64,000 nt of DNA. Source: Lama guanicoe (Eukaryota). The notes under the pieces were generated by a model. The model saw nothing but the letters and a program-made list of their open reading frames with translations. It was not told the origin of the DNA and searched no databases. The position numbers and the translations under genes are program-made. The first letter of the stretch is position 1. Each line of letters opens with the position of its first letter. Of the stretch, positions 50,581 through 63,589 are shown piece by piece. The stretch lies in the NCBI GenBank assembly GCA_013239625.1, contig MU054001.1, forward strand, positions 747,884 to 811,883. Reading direction: 5' to 3'.

Positions 50581-51269
50581 TCGGCCATCGTGGCTGTCAC
50601 CAACATGGTCATCCCTCTGCCATCAGATATGAAGGGAGTGGAGAAAAAGCAGGTATCCCCGAGAACTTTCCTACATCCTGTAAGTCAATACCACTTATAA
50701 GGGATTATGTGCCTCCGAGTCATCATGTTATCCTCTAAATTAATTTGTACCCACAGGCTTCAAATGATAAGCAAGATGATGCAACTGCTAGGTGGCCATA
50801 TTAACTTGGGGGGGTGACAGCTACGTTTCCTACATGAGAACGTGCTTGCTTTGAGCAGCAAGACCGCAGCTTGAAATTCTGTGATTCTGAAAACTCAGTG
50901 GATTTCTGCTGGGCCTGTCCAATCAGAGGACGTTATTAGGTGTCGTAATAGCACATTCCAAGTAAGGGGATGACAAGAGGTGTGTGTAAGTGTTGAGAAC
51001 ACAGGGCACCCGGGGCAGGCGAAGGGGGCACGTGTCATCAGGGCAGATTTGTTGAAATAGATGCACTTTGAGTGGTGCGGTGTGATAACTCAGTGAACAG
51101 CTGGCCTTTGCTGAATACCGATGTGTTCCGGGAGCTGCAACGGGTTTTCTGTATTTTTAGCCAGTGCAGGAGGGAGGTACCGATTAACATCCATCCCCTA
51201 CAGAGAAGGAAACTGAAACTAGGAGGAGGGAAGTCAGCTGATTTGGCCTGTACCTCCTTATGGACCCAA

Positions 51270-51657
51270 GCCACAAACAGTAGGCAATGGTGGATATAAT
51301 CACACATTTGTTTTTTGAATTTCATTAGTTGCCTATATTTAAAAACTAGGAGATTTTATGAATTCTAGACTTGGGGCTTATTGTGGCCAATCAGAAGATC
51401 TGGCAACACAGTGTATGAATTATCCCTCAACAGTGACTGCCTGGAACCAAGTAGAGTTCCTTTAGGAAAGGCAAACAAGCTCCAATTGGCCACAGTCCCA
51501 GAGGGGCTTCAAGATGGCACAATAGAAGGACACAGAGCTCACCCTGCCCCACAAATACGTCAGAAATACATCCACATGGATGGGTGGCAAAGATGGCAGA
51601 GTAGAAGGAGCTGGAGAAATGCATTTGAAAATCAGAAATCAGCATCTTAAAGCAATT

Positions 51658-51699
<42 letters not shown>

Positions 51700-51900
51700 T
51701 TTTACACCAAAACCTTATGGTAACCACAACCCAAAAGTCTGTAATAGGTACACACACAAAAAAGAAAAAGAAATCCAAACATAACACTAAAGAGAGTCAC
51801 CAAACCACAAGAGAACAAAAGAAAAATACATCTACATGTGGAACAATTCTCACAGAATACCAATTGGCCACAGTCCCCACCATTCCCTGTTGTCTGCCAG
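51270..51900. mobile_element. hAT-Charlie element (MER102-like) hosting the L1-derived insert
   Basis: 'gccacagtccccaccattccct' is shared with the element at 54690-55200 ('gccacagtcaccaccactccct'). Confidence 0.5.
51500..51859 (+). mobile_element. Rearranged L1-derived insert (5' UTR-like and inter-ORF-like pieces) between 18-bp direct repeats
   Basis: 'ttcaagatggc...agaagga' L1 5' start; 'aaatgcatttgaaa...atggtaaccacaacccaaaa...aagaaaaagaaatccaaacataacactaaaga' L1 inter-ORF-like; exact flanks ccaattggccacagtccc. Confidence 0.75.
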
Positions 51901-53819
51901 CTTCACTCCTTTTCTTTTTTTCCTACTCCCTGTGGACATTTGAGTTTCAGATCCCTGCTCCTAGCCCCTCTGAGGTCGCTACCTTCAGGGAGCACCTGAC
52001 AGAAGCAATAGTAGTATTATCTTGCCCTTTAGAACGTGGGGGATGAGAATTGGTGGTCATGGTGTGTATGGGAAGCACTGGTACGTAGTATAAATAACAG
52101 GTTGTTCCCACAGGCAGATGTCTTTTCCGGAGGGAGAACCATCTTCCCTTACCCCCAGGGCTCAAGAGTCTCTGAAAGCAGCTTGTTATCCTCCTTGCCT
52201 TGGCCAGAAGCCCTCAGTGGCTCCTACTGAACCCATTTTATTTATTTCACTTGATCTCCAAAGAGCCCAGACTCATTACAGTCCTCAGTAAATGCTTCCC
52301 CCCCCCCAGCTCTGCGGGGAGATCAGCCAACTTGATCAATAGACTCAAACTTTAATTTTTCTTATATGGCTAAGGCTGTATGGTGGGGGTGGAGGGGAGG
52401 AGGGAGAGGAGAGGGATAAGTCTTAAAACAGTATAGTTATGATTTGCCTTTGCCTGGAGGAATAAACGATGTTGCTTCAATTTTGGCATCAGTTGAACTT
52501 GATGCCAACATCTCTGTAAATGGGTCAGGCAGTCAAGAAAGCCAACAGTTGGCCACATTTGTGCTAACTCCAGTCTTTTTGTTTTTGCCAGAGGAAAAAA
52601 AAAATTCTAATTTCTATCAGTCTAAATTGAGTTGGGGAGCATTATCAGCTGGAAGGACCCTTCTGATTTGACAGGCCCCACTGTATGATGATTAATTACT
52701 TCTCAGCTTCATTGGACTTTTCTAATTTCCTTTTGCCACTGGCTGGAGGCACCGTGCGATAAGTACTGCTCTTATTATTTTGTGCAAAGGAAAATGTCTA
52801 TTACGGTCTGTCGTACAAGCGAGCAGAATAAAAAGACAGCTGATCAGGAAACTTGCAAACCCCTCTATCTTTATTTGGTCTCCCCTGGCCTCCCTTTCTC
52901 GCTTGTTCTAAGACAGAGGTGGCCACACACGGTTTCCTGTCAAAATAAGAAGATAAAATCATAATCTCTATCAGAGTACTTGACATTTTGAAATTTGTAT
53001 AATGATTTCACGGGATTTAATCCCCTGGCTCGCCTCAAATCCTCCTCCAAATGCAAATGCAACTAAAATATGATACTGAGAACTGCAAGGCCATTCTTCT
53101 TTGCCAGCGCATTTATTTGGTCATAAATTCAACCTGGGGGGGATTGCCTGATTGTATAGAATACTGAAATGAGAACAGTAATAATCATGATGATAATGAT
53201 AATTATTACTAAAGAACCATAACTAAATTTGGAAAGGAGACATTTTGGTAAGCGGAACCAACACCTAAATTACAATGTGTAGGTTTCCAGGAGCATCTCA
53301 CCTCTGTACAGGACGGCTTATTGGCTGGTGGGCTGGCTGTCTCCCTGGGATGATCACAGACTCTGCCGCAAAGGACAACTGAGACCCAGCGGAAGCTGTT
53401 TGTTCTCCTGGAGAGGAGAGATGTGAAAACGTAGAAAGGACCTCACTTCTGCAGCCCCCTCTGCCTGTTAATCCTCGGGCCTGGGCTGATCTTGAGTTCA
53501 GGGACTCTCAGGATGTGCTTACTAAGGCTGATGCGGGGAAAAGCCCCATTGAGCAAGTCACAGCCACATTTCTCTCCGTCTCTGGCTGCCGAGGAGGCCA
53601 CTGATTTCACGAGGAATCTGACTTCAAAGCCGGGTTGCAGGAGAGAAAGATAAGGGGGCTGAGGGCAGGGCTAGGGGCCCTGTCACAGCCCCACACGGGC
53701 TTCTGAATTCTGCCTGTCCGCTGTTGTTTATCTTGCCTGTTTCTCTTTGGCAGGATAGGGGGCAGGCTGGGGGGGGCAGGCTGGGAATTGCGAAGGAGCC
53801 ACTGAGCTCCTCTTTTTAA

Positions 53820-54030
53820 TAATATGAGCTAGTGTTTGGTTAGCACCTACTACCTGCAGGCACTGCACTAACTATGTGCAGTATCCCACGTGGTCCATGC
53901 AGTCCACTTGATGTTGGTACCTTTATGAACCCATTTTACAGACAGGAACACTCAGGCATCAGAGTTAAATGTCTTGCCTGGGATCGTGTAGCTAGGAAAT
54001 GACAGAGCCAGCATTTGACCCCCAGGCTGT
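53820..54030 (-). mobile_element. MIR SINE
   Basis: 'agcacctactacctgcaggcactg...cccattttacagacaggaacac...gagccagcatttgacccc'. Confidence 0.85.
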
Positions 54031-54144
54031 CATTCTCTCAACCTTTCTGTCTCCTATTTCCCCTTTTCATCTTTTGCAAAAGCCCTGATGATAGTGTGTG
54101 GGGTGAAGAATACAGGCTGGGTGAAGAAGATTTGTTATTTTATT

Positions 54145-54580
54145 CACATCCTCCATTCATTACTCTCTCATTTATGTCTTTATTTTTTCCCCAAAGCATT
54201 TATTGAGCACTTACTATGTGCCAGTGTTGTAGTAGGCTCAAGGAATCCCCAGATCAAATTCCCACGGTACTTGCCCTCAAGATGCTCAGACTAACAGATG
54301 ATTAAGAGTTAAAACCCAGAGCAAGAAATGTTCTGATACAGATGCATAAGAATGACAAATTTTGCCTGAGGTAATGGGGAGGTTTGCAAGAGGGACTGAC
54401 ATCTGACCCGAGCCGGAAAGAGAATTCCAGGCAGAGAGAACCATCTGGGCAAAGACTAAAGAAGTAAGTAAGCTTGGAAAGACTTGTTTGTGGGGTAGCT
54501 GGGTGACTGAGAGGACAAATCCACTAGAAACTAAGACAAGGAAGGTATCGAGGCCAGACCATGGGGCTTACTAAGGAGTC
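54145..54580 (-). mobile_element. L2 LINE fragment
   Basis: 'aagcatttattgagcacttactatgtgccag...ttgccctcaag...attccaggcagagagaacc'. Confidence 0.8.
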
Positions 54581-54689
54581 TGATGATGGTTTGATCTCTG
54601 AAATGAACTGTTTGTGATCTCAGTAAGTCCCTTCCCATCCCTGGGTCTCAGTTTCCCTCTCTGAGCAATGCAGTCATTAGCCTATACCA

Positions 54690-55200
54690 GAGATTGAAAA
54701 CCAGTGACCCATGGCTGAGTGGCCCATCATCTGGCCCACAGCTGAGTTTTCTTTAGTCTGCATGTTTTTTTTCCTTTAATGGAGAGCCACCATTCAAGAG
54801 TTCACATCAAAATCCAGATTTCTCACTACTTTTGAAAATAAAGCCACAATGGATGGCACCACTACATCCCCAACCAGCCAGAGGTGGCCGCAGTGAAGAA
54901 ACAGATGCATTATTCAGGTGAACAGAGTGCTTTCTAGTTTGCCACAGTCACCACCACTCCCTATCACTCCCAACACCAAGACCAACTAAAAATGGTCATG
55001 TTCATTGTGTAGATATTGTTGATTGTGTCTTTTTCTTAGAATGGAGGAAGTACACCTCTAACTATGATGCTAACAGAAGTGGGAAACAAAATCTGGTCCA
55101 AGAATGGACCCCATTTTAAGAGAAATAGGGGCAAATTCCATATTGAATTGAAGAATATTTCTATGTATTTTGTATACAAACAAAACTGTATTGAAAGAAT
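54690..55200. mobile_element. hAT-Charlie element (MER102-like)
   Basis: 'catcaaaatccagatttct...tttgccacagtcaccaccactccctat'. Confidence 0.55.
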
Positions 55201-55659
55201 TCAGTTTCATTTATTGAGCATTCCTGCTGGCATCTGGGTTTGAACCCTGGGATTTGAGTGTCAAAAACTTCACTCTGGGTTCTGAATGGATCCATTATGG
55301 AGCCCTGGAGTTGGAACTCTACCAGCAAGACAGGAGGAGCCAGGGTGGGAAGGAGATCGCCTGTCACCTTGTCCACCTCCAAATGTGGCCTTTTATGCAC
55401 AAACCCTGACCAGCTTGCTCTGAGAGAGGTGAGTAAGTCACTTGGGTGGGGAGGGCCTCCAACTACTGACTGGCCGTTCTGGAAGAAGGAATCCCTCGTC
55501 TACGGGCACGTGGCACCCAACCCCACAGCAGCCCAGGGAGAAAGTCTGGGCTGGGACCTTGGAATGACCCAGATGAGGCATCCTGCGTAACACATGGTCT
55601 GATGAGGTGAGTTCTGATAAACTAGCTTTGATTTGCCTATCAGGACACTTCTCTGTGAA

Positions 55660-56130
55660 CCTTTCTCTTCCTTGGATCCATGCCCTTCTCTCCATAACCT
55701 TGTAGTGCCTGCCCCTTGACTTGCTTTGGTCACTAAGATGTTAGCAAACACAAGGCGAGCAGAGGCTTGAAATGTGCTTATGGGTTTCCTCTTCTCCTCT
55801 CACCCCTCTGCCTTCTCCATGAGAACACACCCAGGCCAACCTGTTGGAAGACATGACTCATGGAGCAGAGCCCAGTTCTCCAGTTGTCCAAGCCAAAGCC
55901 ATCCTAGAACAACCACAACCAGCTAACCCTGCAGAGAGCCAGCCAAAATCAGCAGAGCCCCCTAGCCAGCCCACAGCTGACCACATACTCAGGAGTTGGG
56001 CCAGCCGAGACCAGAAGAACCTCCCGGTCAACCTGCAGACTCAAGAGCTAAAGAAATGCTTAATTGCTTAAGCTCTCTTTAGAGAACTTTGTAACACAAA
56101 AATATGGTGGCATCAGATAACTGATATACC
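55660..56130 (+). mobile_element. MaLR LTR (MLT1G/H-like)
   Basis: 'gacttgctttggtcactaagatgttagca...cagcccacagctgaccac...gataactgata'. Confidence 0.75.
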
Positions 56131-56264
56131 CACCCCACAATGATGTTTCTTCCCCAACAGCACTGTCCCTCTCCAATGTCAGTGGCCCTTGTCCCCAGGC
56201 TGACTCCTAGAAGATGAAGTGGTTCAGAGCCCGAAGTGGTTCAGATCCCAAAGTGTTTGACGTT

Positions 56265-56490
56265 TTTCAGACGTGGGTCTGGGGTTTAACTCTGCCCACT
56301 CTGAGCTCTCTCACCTTTCACAAGCACTTCATTCTTTGGAGCCTCAGTTTCCTCATCCATGTAAGGGGAAGGATAATAATACAAACAGCACTGGCTTCAC
56401 AGAATTATTGTGATGATTAAATGAGAGAGGCAGGTAGAACATTTAGCCCAGCGCCTACCATATACTAAATGTTAAGTCATTATCAGCTGG
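56265..56490 (+). mobile_element. MIR SINE
   Basis: 'gagcctcagtttcctcatccatgtaagggg...ttgtgatgattaaatgaga'. Confidence 0.85.
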
Positions 56491-56864
56491 TCTCATTCCT
56501 ACCCCCCCTTCCTCTTTTAGTTAATCTCTCAAACTCAGCGGAGTTTCATCCTTCCTCTCCACAGCAGTGGGCACCCAGGCAACTCTTTCAACCTGCATGG
56601 GGCTCGATGATGCCAGAACACACGTCTGCAGAATTTCTCTCCAGCAAGAAGCATGAACAACGCCTAGTTACCCAGAGCCCAGGACCTCTCACTGCCTTCC
56701 TCGTTTTTAGTAGGTCACTGGAGATGGCCGTAAGCACACTCCAACATGCCAGACATCACTTTGCACTTAGAAAACATAATCGGCGACACATCTAGAAGAC
56801 AAGGTTTGTCCCCCGGAGAGGCCACTGGTGCAGAAAAATGAGATTCTTGGTGTGGCGTAAATAC

Positions 56865-56933
56865 CAGTGTTTCCCAAAGTGTGTACTGAATGTTTCCATG
56901 TGGTACCCCATGAATAAATAAACAATAGGCAGG

Positions 56934-56969
<36 letters not shown>

Positions 56970-57195
56970 TAGACAGATAGGACAATCTAAAGAAGAATAA
57001 ATTTGATAAATTCTGAGCCAAACAGGCTTTGTGGAAGGACCTCTTGGAGGCTTTTGAAAATAATGTTTTATTGTTTCTCTCCAGTGAGGAGGTAGAGAAT
57101 GCTGTGTTTTTTAAAGTGATTTGACCAGACGTCCGCCATTTTGGAGCAACGTTTTATGGGAATAATAGCCCATGGAATATCCTTTTGGGAACTGG
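56865..57195. mobile_element. MER112-like hAT-Charlie MITE containing (GATA)/(GACA) repeat at 56933-56980
   Basis: Inverted termini 'cagtgtttcccaaag'...'cttttgggaactg'. Confidence 0.65.
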
Positions 57196-59499
57196 TGACT
57201 GAAACCCCAAGCTGATGGTGAGGCTAGCATCACAGGCAAACTGTCCCCACAGGCAGGAACTGCTCTGCCTGGTGGAGGGAGGCACGGGGTGTGGTCTCTG
57301 CAGTCTCTCTTGTCATCCTTGGCTCTTTTGTTTGGGTCTGTCCTTACTCCCCTGTTTGTTTTGCCACCACTAAGAGCCAGAAGTTTGATTTGTCTTGGTT
57401 ATGGCCTTTATTTTTTTAAGTGAATTGTGCAGTCAAATGTAGGCAATTCGCTATTCCTCCCTGATAGTGTGAATGCACAAGAAGGCAGAAGTACCTTCTT
57501 TGTGACAGAATAAAGCAGGGATGCTCAAAGCATTATTACTTCTTCCTCATCACCCCAATCAGCCGAGGTTTAAATGGAATTCTGCTGGGGTCACTGACAT
57601 GATTTTTTTAAAAAACAGGCACACCAGATACCATTACATTTCATCTCGGGACAATTGTTCTCTGAGCAAAGTGTGCTGTTTTCCTGTGGGTAATCCCCTT
57701 ACCAGATTGTGGATTTTCCATGTTGAACATCAGCCACTACAACCAAAAACCAACGAACTGTGTTATTGACAATGTTTTAGTTACAATACATAAAAGATAC
57801 AAGACAGCAAAGACGAGAAAATGATCTATCTGTAGCGGCATTTGTATGTTTAAGAAAACTCACAGTGGTGGTTCTAGCATGATGCATATATTTCCTTTTC
57901 TGCTAATGGCTAAAATTTCTAGCAGCATGGATGCGATTGCTTTAAAAGAAATAATAACATTAATAGAAATGACTGTCCCTGGCAGCACGATAAATGAAAT
58001 TAGAGGCTCTTAGAGTTGTGGGCTCGCGACAATGTTAGTGTGAAATATAATCGTTGGATTGCTTTGTTCTTTTTTCCAATAAAAGGTGGAAGCTATTGAG
58101 TATTGTTATTAGGCGAGCTAAGCTGGGCTTCTGTACAGCATAGTTTTGTGTGTCTGAACCAGCAGAAGCTTTTGAAGTCCCACGATTCCTTCTGCTTGCT
58201 AATTCTTCCATTTGTTTGATTTTTGGTACAAAGAAAATGAAAGAATATGATGAGATTATGGCATTTTAAGTCAATATTTATTAAAAAATCAATCTAGATG
58301 AAAATCTGCCCATCCCTCTAATTAGATGAGGCAACTTGAGGTTGATTTTTAATTGCAAAAGTAATTACACGGAGCAGATAGCCAGTGACATTTGATTATC
58401 TAGGTGATTGATTAAAAAGCCGAGCTCACCAAGCAGATTGCCAGCCAGGGAATCCAGACAAAAGAGCAAATTAAAAAAGTTGTCCTGTTAGTAATCACAA
58501 AATTCAAGGATGAAATTACAGAGCTAAACACCTCCATTGCCCCCTCATCTTCATCACTCACTCCACACTCACTCTGCATTCACTCCAACGCCTGATAAAG
58601 AAATGGATTAGTGTGAAATAAATTGAAAAGGGAAAAAAAGGTTGGGGGGAGACCGAATTCACGGCTGAGCACAGGGCTTTTAACAAGTTGAAATAAATTT
58701 CCCCATTTTTAAAATAAACTTTTTTTTTTGGCAAGAGAGATGTTTTCATAAAGGATCTTTTCAGATTGTTTGATGATATTAATTTATCTATTAAGAGAGA
58801 GGGAGGGGAAAAATTTCACTTTCTAGCAGAATAGGATATTAAGATGTCTTACTTGTTCTTCATTTCATTGTAACATGAAAGCCTGGGGAACAGGCTGTAC
58901 ATTTGGCAAGAGAATCCTTGGATTTGTAAACAGCCCTAGCTGACATATTGGGCGGAATAATGAAGGGGCTTCCTGGTCATTCAGAGGGATCCCGGTGGGG
59001 GCTCCTTGAGGATATTGTGGATAAAGGTGGAAAGGCGAATATACTGGAGCAATTCCCAAGAGGACTTGTGTATGACTCAGAGCGCTCATTCCCAGGAGTC
59101 CCAGAAAAGGAGAAGGGAAACTGAGGCAGGGCCACCCAGTGCAGCTCTGGCAGCTCTGAGGGTTCTGTGCCGCCTCTTCGTGACTGCTCGTCAGCGCTGG
59201 GATGGTTAGGATGTAATGAAGCAGTCAGGAGATAAAGTCCAAATCACCGCTAACATCTATCCTTCTGCTCTGTCAGCAGACGCCGTCCAGGCAGAGAGTG
59301 GGACGGGTGAGATGTGCTCCTTACAACCCTCCAGGGAAGCTGATTTCAGCTAATTCCAGAGTTCAGAGCTAGCAAGTGCCACAGGGAGATGCTACTTCCA
59401 TAGACAGCTGCTTGGATTCCCAGCCACGGACACTAGTAAGTGCATTCCCCTCCTTGTATTCATTATTTTACTTTTTCAAAAATCCATTCATTTCTTCAA

Positions 59500-60100
59500 C
59501 ACATACTTTGGGTAAGGAAATTGATATTATGGTTCAGGCTCTTGGAAAACAATTTACATTATCTAGTGCAACTGGAATTACACACAACCTCTGACCCAGC
59601 ATGCGTCCTAGGAAAATATGTGCAGTGTACCCCAGCAGACACAGGCAAAAACGTTCACAGCAACATGCTTCTCATAATTGCTGCAAACTGGGAACAGACC
59701 AAATGCCCATCACCCAAACACTGGATGAATAAGTCACAGCTTACTGTGTCAACAGCACACTACACACCCAGTAACATTTTGCTGCCACAACATTAAGCCC
59801 AAGCAGCAAAACACAAGAGTATATTTTCTGAATGATTCCATTTACACGAAGCTCAAAATCAAGGAAAGCGACATTATGTTGTGTAAGAATCTGTAGGTGG
59901 TACAGGAAGAGGATTATAGTCAGGGAGGAAGTGCTGTGTGTCTTTGGGGCACTTTGCAATGTTCCATTTTTTGTCATTGGTCATGGTTATCAATTGTTTG
60001 TCCCACTCTGCATGGTTTGTTTCATGGTTCTTTTTTCTGAACGTAGGTTACATTTCACACATACACGTATTTGTAAATAGATATATATGAATTTAAAAAT
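59500..60100 (+). mobile_element. L1ME 3' fragment
   Basis: 'caaactgggaacagaccaaatgcccatca...tgattccatttacacgaagctcaaaa'. Confidence 0.8.
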
Positions 60101-60689
60101 AGATCTTTTGGATGCTCAACAAATTCATGCCAGTGGGACAGTAGACTGCAGATGTGCTACTTCAACTTCATTAGTAATGTTTTATTTTACTTAGGAAAAA
60201 CCCTTCAAGTTTGTTTATTATGTTTGAGTTCTTTGGTTTAAAAGACTTGTGGCAACTATGGCAAAATGTTAACAAACATAAATTCTAGTTCATGGGAACA
60301 TGGATATTGAAAAGTTATCCTTTATGTAATTTTCTTTTAAAGGAATTTGGAAAAGAAAAAATGAAAATACTTACTGTCTGCGAAAAACACATTAATAAAG
60401 ACACGTGCTGAGTTTTGTGGGAGCCAAAATACGAAGAACCAGCTTTGCCCGAGGTGAGTGTGGAAGGTTCCCGGGGGTGACTCTTGAGCAGAATCTTGGC
60501 AGATAAGTAGGAGTCCACCAGGTGGACGCAGAGGATGAGGCCTTCAAGTGGAATAGAACACAGTGCTTTTAGTAGATGGCAGACAATTGGAGCTACTGGA
60601 AGACACCTCTGGGCCTGTTTCCCAATCTGTAAAATGGGGCGTTTTCCATCTCTCACATACCAGGCTCCAGTAAATATGGAGACTCAATT

Positions 60690-60925
60690 TAGCAAGAGCA
60701 GTTCAGGCTGTTGACCCAGCCTGCCCAAGTTTAAGTGTAGCTCTATTCCTTATTAGCTGTGAGACCTTGGTTAAGACAGTCAATCTCCCTGTGCTCTCCT
60801 GCCTTGTCTGTACAAATAGTGATAATGGTATATTAGTATTTACCTCGTAGGACTTTTGTAAGGATGCAATGAGCTCATCCACTTATAATATAGCAGATAT
60901 TAAGAGCTCAGTTTATTAGTATTAT
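60690..60925 (+). mobile_element. MIR SINE
   Basis: 'ttattagctgtgagaccttgg...tacctcgtaggacttttgtaaggatgcaatgag'. Confidence 0.8.
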
Positions 60926-61754
60926 GGGAGGATTTATTTGTTTATTCGCAGATATCTGTAGCATCCATTCATTGCTTTTTCAAAAGTTCTGGCTGTTTCA
61001 TCACCTCTGCCCACAACAAGTTCCCAGGCTTGAGGATTTCGCCATGTTTGCTAAGAGAATTCTCTCGGCCTGGCGCATATCTCACCCAGCTCACCTGATG
61101 GTTGTGTTTCCAGATTTGCTGAGTATTCCCTCTCCATAGCTCCCCCTCCTCCTTTAAGAGCTCTTTTTCGCTGGGATTTCCTTCATTCTTACTTGTCTGA
61201 GTTTTCCCTTCTTATCGTTACTGTCAGTCAAATTCTCCAAAGGCCACAAGCAAAGCTCTCCCAAATCCATACTCATTACACGGCCCTCCCGAGGGGAAGG
61301 GGACTAGTCCAGGAGATAACGAGAAAGATACCACTGTTGTCTTTTCCTTTATTCGGGCTTTGGGGCAGGGCTTCTCTCGGTTAGGCACTGTTTACCTAGC
61401 AGTAAACATCCCCGGGCAGGTGCCCTGTGTCCGTGGGCAGGAAGCAGTTCTTGGAGAGGCAGAGGGTGAGGTCCTCTGAGGGCGGTGCCCAGAGGGCGAG
61501 AGGAGGAGTGTCTTCCCCTGATGCGCACTTAGACTTGGACGTTGGAGAGGTGGGCAGGAGCTTGGGGCTTGACCCTCAGCTATCAGAGCTGGGGGAAACA
61601 CAGCAAGACCTGGTCCAGGCCCCTCGTGACACAGATGAGGAAACTGAGGCCCAGAGAAGGCCGAGCTAGGAGTACAGCCAGGTTTCCTGATTTCCAACCC
61701 CTTTCTCTCTGCCATGTTGGCTAGCTCAGCTCCTCACCCCCATTTCTAATAAGT

Positions 61755-62622
61755 TGATAGCAAAAATGTCCCCAGTTTTTCATGCCTGTCTGTAAACACA
61801 TCATTTGAATGTTATCTCAGTGCCCCATATCAAGAATTGAAGTCTATTTCCCACCAAAAGCTGTATTAGTTTGTAAGGCTGCCTCAACCAAGAACCACAT
61901 TGACTGGGTGGCTTCAACAACAGAAATGTATTCTTTTATCTTTCTGGAGGCCAGAAGTCCAAGATCAAGGTGTGGGCAGGGCTGGCTTCCTCTGAGACCT
62001 CTCTTCCTGGCTCGCAGATGGCCGTCTTCTCCCTGTGTCCTCACATGGCCTTCCTTCTGGGCGTGTCTGCGTCCTAATCTCGTTTTGTATGAAGACACCA
62101 GTCATAATGGATTAGCGCCTTACCCATATGACCTCATTTTACCTTAGTCATCTTCTTAAAGGCCCTGTCTCCAGATACAGTCACATTCTAAGTCACTCAG
62201 GGTTAGGACTTCAACATATAAATACATGAACATGGGCTGAACTTATGAGTGGCTTTGGCCAGTAGAATATGGCAGAAGTGGTGGTGTCATCTCTAAGCCT
62301 AAGCCTTGTAAGACTTTGCATGCTTCTCAGTGCCACCAGTGGGGAACATGCCTGGACAAGCCTACTGGCCACATGAAGCGGAGGGGAGGCTGTCCCAGAT
62401 CCACCAATAGCCAGCCAACTCCCAAAATATGAGTGAGCACAGCCAAGAGCCACAAAGTGGACCCACAGGTGACTTGCCAGCTGACCAGAGACAACTGAGT
62501 GAGCCCAGCCCAGCCTGGCAGAACCACCCATCCAGCCAGCAGACTCATGGGCTAGTAAATGTTTTTAAGCCACTTGGTTTGTGTGTGTTTGTTATGTGGG
62601 ATATTACGGTAGATAGCTGAAA
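61755..62622 (+). mobile_element. MaLR LTR (MLT1G/H-like) split by a nested MLT1
   Basis: 'gctttggccagtagaatatggcagaagtg...agcctaagccttgtaagac...tttttaagccac...gtttgttat...gatagctga'. Confidence 0.75.
61862..62223 (-). mobile_element. MLT1A/B-like MaLR LTR nested in an older MLT1
   Basis: 'tgtattagtttgtaaggctgcc...ggcttcaacaacagaaatgtatt...tctggaggccagaagtccaagatcaaggtg...ggttaggacttcaacatat'. Confidence 0.88.
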
Positions 62623-62649
62623 TGGGAGCCCGCATCACTTTCATTTGCT

Positions 62650-62860
62650 GAACAGTTTACTCTGGCCAGATACTCTTCCAAGCACTTTGCATCTATTAAG
62701 TCATTTAACTATTTTATTCCCATTTTTCAGATTAAGAGCCTGAGGCAGACAGAGTGTGTGACTTGCCCAGGGCTGCATGGCATGTTTGCTAAAAGAATCA
62801 AGATCGGAACTTACGCAGTCTGGTTCCAGAACCTATGTTTTCTGATCATACTCTGTAGTG
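62650..62860 (-). mobile_element. MIR SINE
   Basis: 'cccatttttcagattaagagcctgaggcagacagagtgtgtgacttgcccagg'. Confidence 0.8.
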
Positions 62861-63589
62861 CTTTTCTGCTTAGGGTGAACTGTTTCCTACTGAAATTAGA
62901 TTTGGCAGGAAAGCAATTCCCAGGTCCCACATCCGATTCCAGTGACCACTTCCTAAGGAAACTGGGGGCAAGGATGGGCAGGGGTGGGGAGGTCTTCTGT
63001 TAAATGCATTGGTGGGAAATGCAAGTGCATCTTATCCTTCAAGGCAGCCCGATGTTCAAGGCCTTCAGAGTCTGTCCAACCTGGTTTAAATCCCGTGGCT
63101 TCCCATCTGAACCCAAACAATTCCGTCAGCTTCTCCAAGCCTCGCTTTGCATGTTGTCTCTTTACCCAGGGTGTTACAATTCCTAGGACTTGGCACTAGC
63201 AGCTCTGCCTTAGGTGACTGAGTTTCAGGCTCTTTCCTAACTATTAACTCTTGGACCCACTCCAGAAGATGGGTACCGTTGTTCATCTCCAGCCTGTCCA
63301 TGTGCCCCGCCTGCTCGAAGATCCGCTCTCCCACCCAACCCGGTGGGTTCCCCTGTTCTGCTCTGCATTGCAAGGAACTGAACTCAATAAACTGTTTCTC
63401 AGGCTTTCGTGCGTCCTGCAAGGCACTGGCTCCCACCAGGTGGCCCTGAATCCTGGGCTCTGAAATGCCCTCCCCCTCCTTGTCCCTTAGCCCTCAGATG
63501 GGTAACAACTTCTTACTACTAACCTCCATGTTTTCTCACTGTCCTTGCTTGGTGTCTTAGCTCTTCCATGCCTTTGTAGGCATAATTGT

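Noticed and set aside
23580..58900. Assigning the locus to a specific developmental gene
   Set aside because: No exon was recognised. The enhancer-like architecture is suggestive, but naming a gene would be a guess without alignment.
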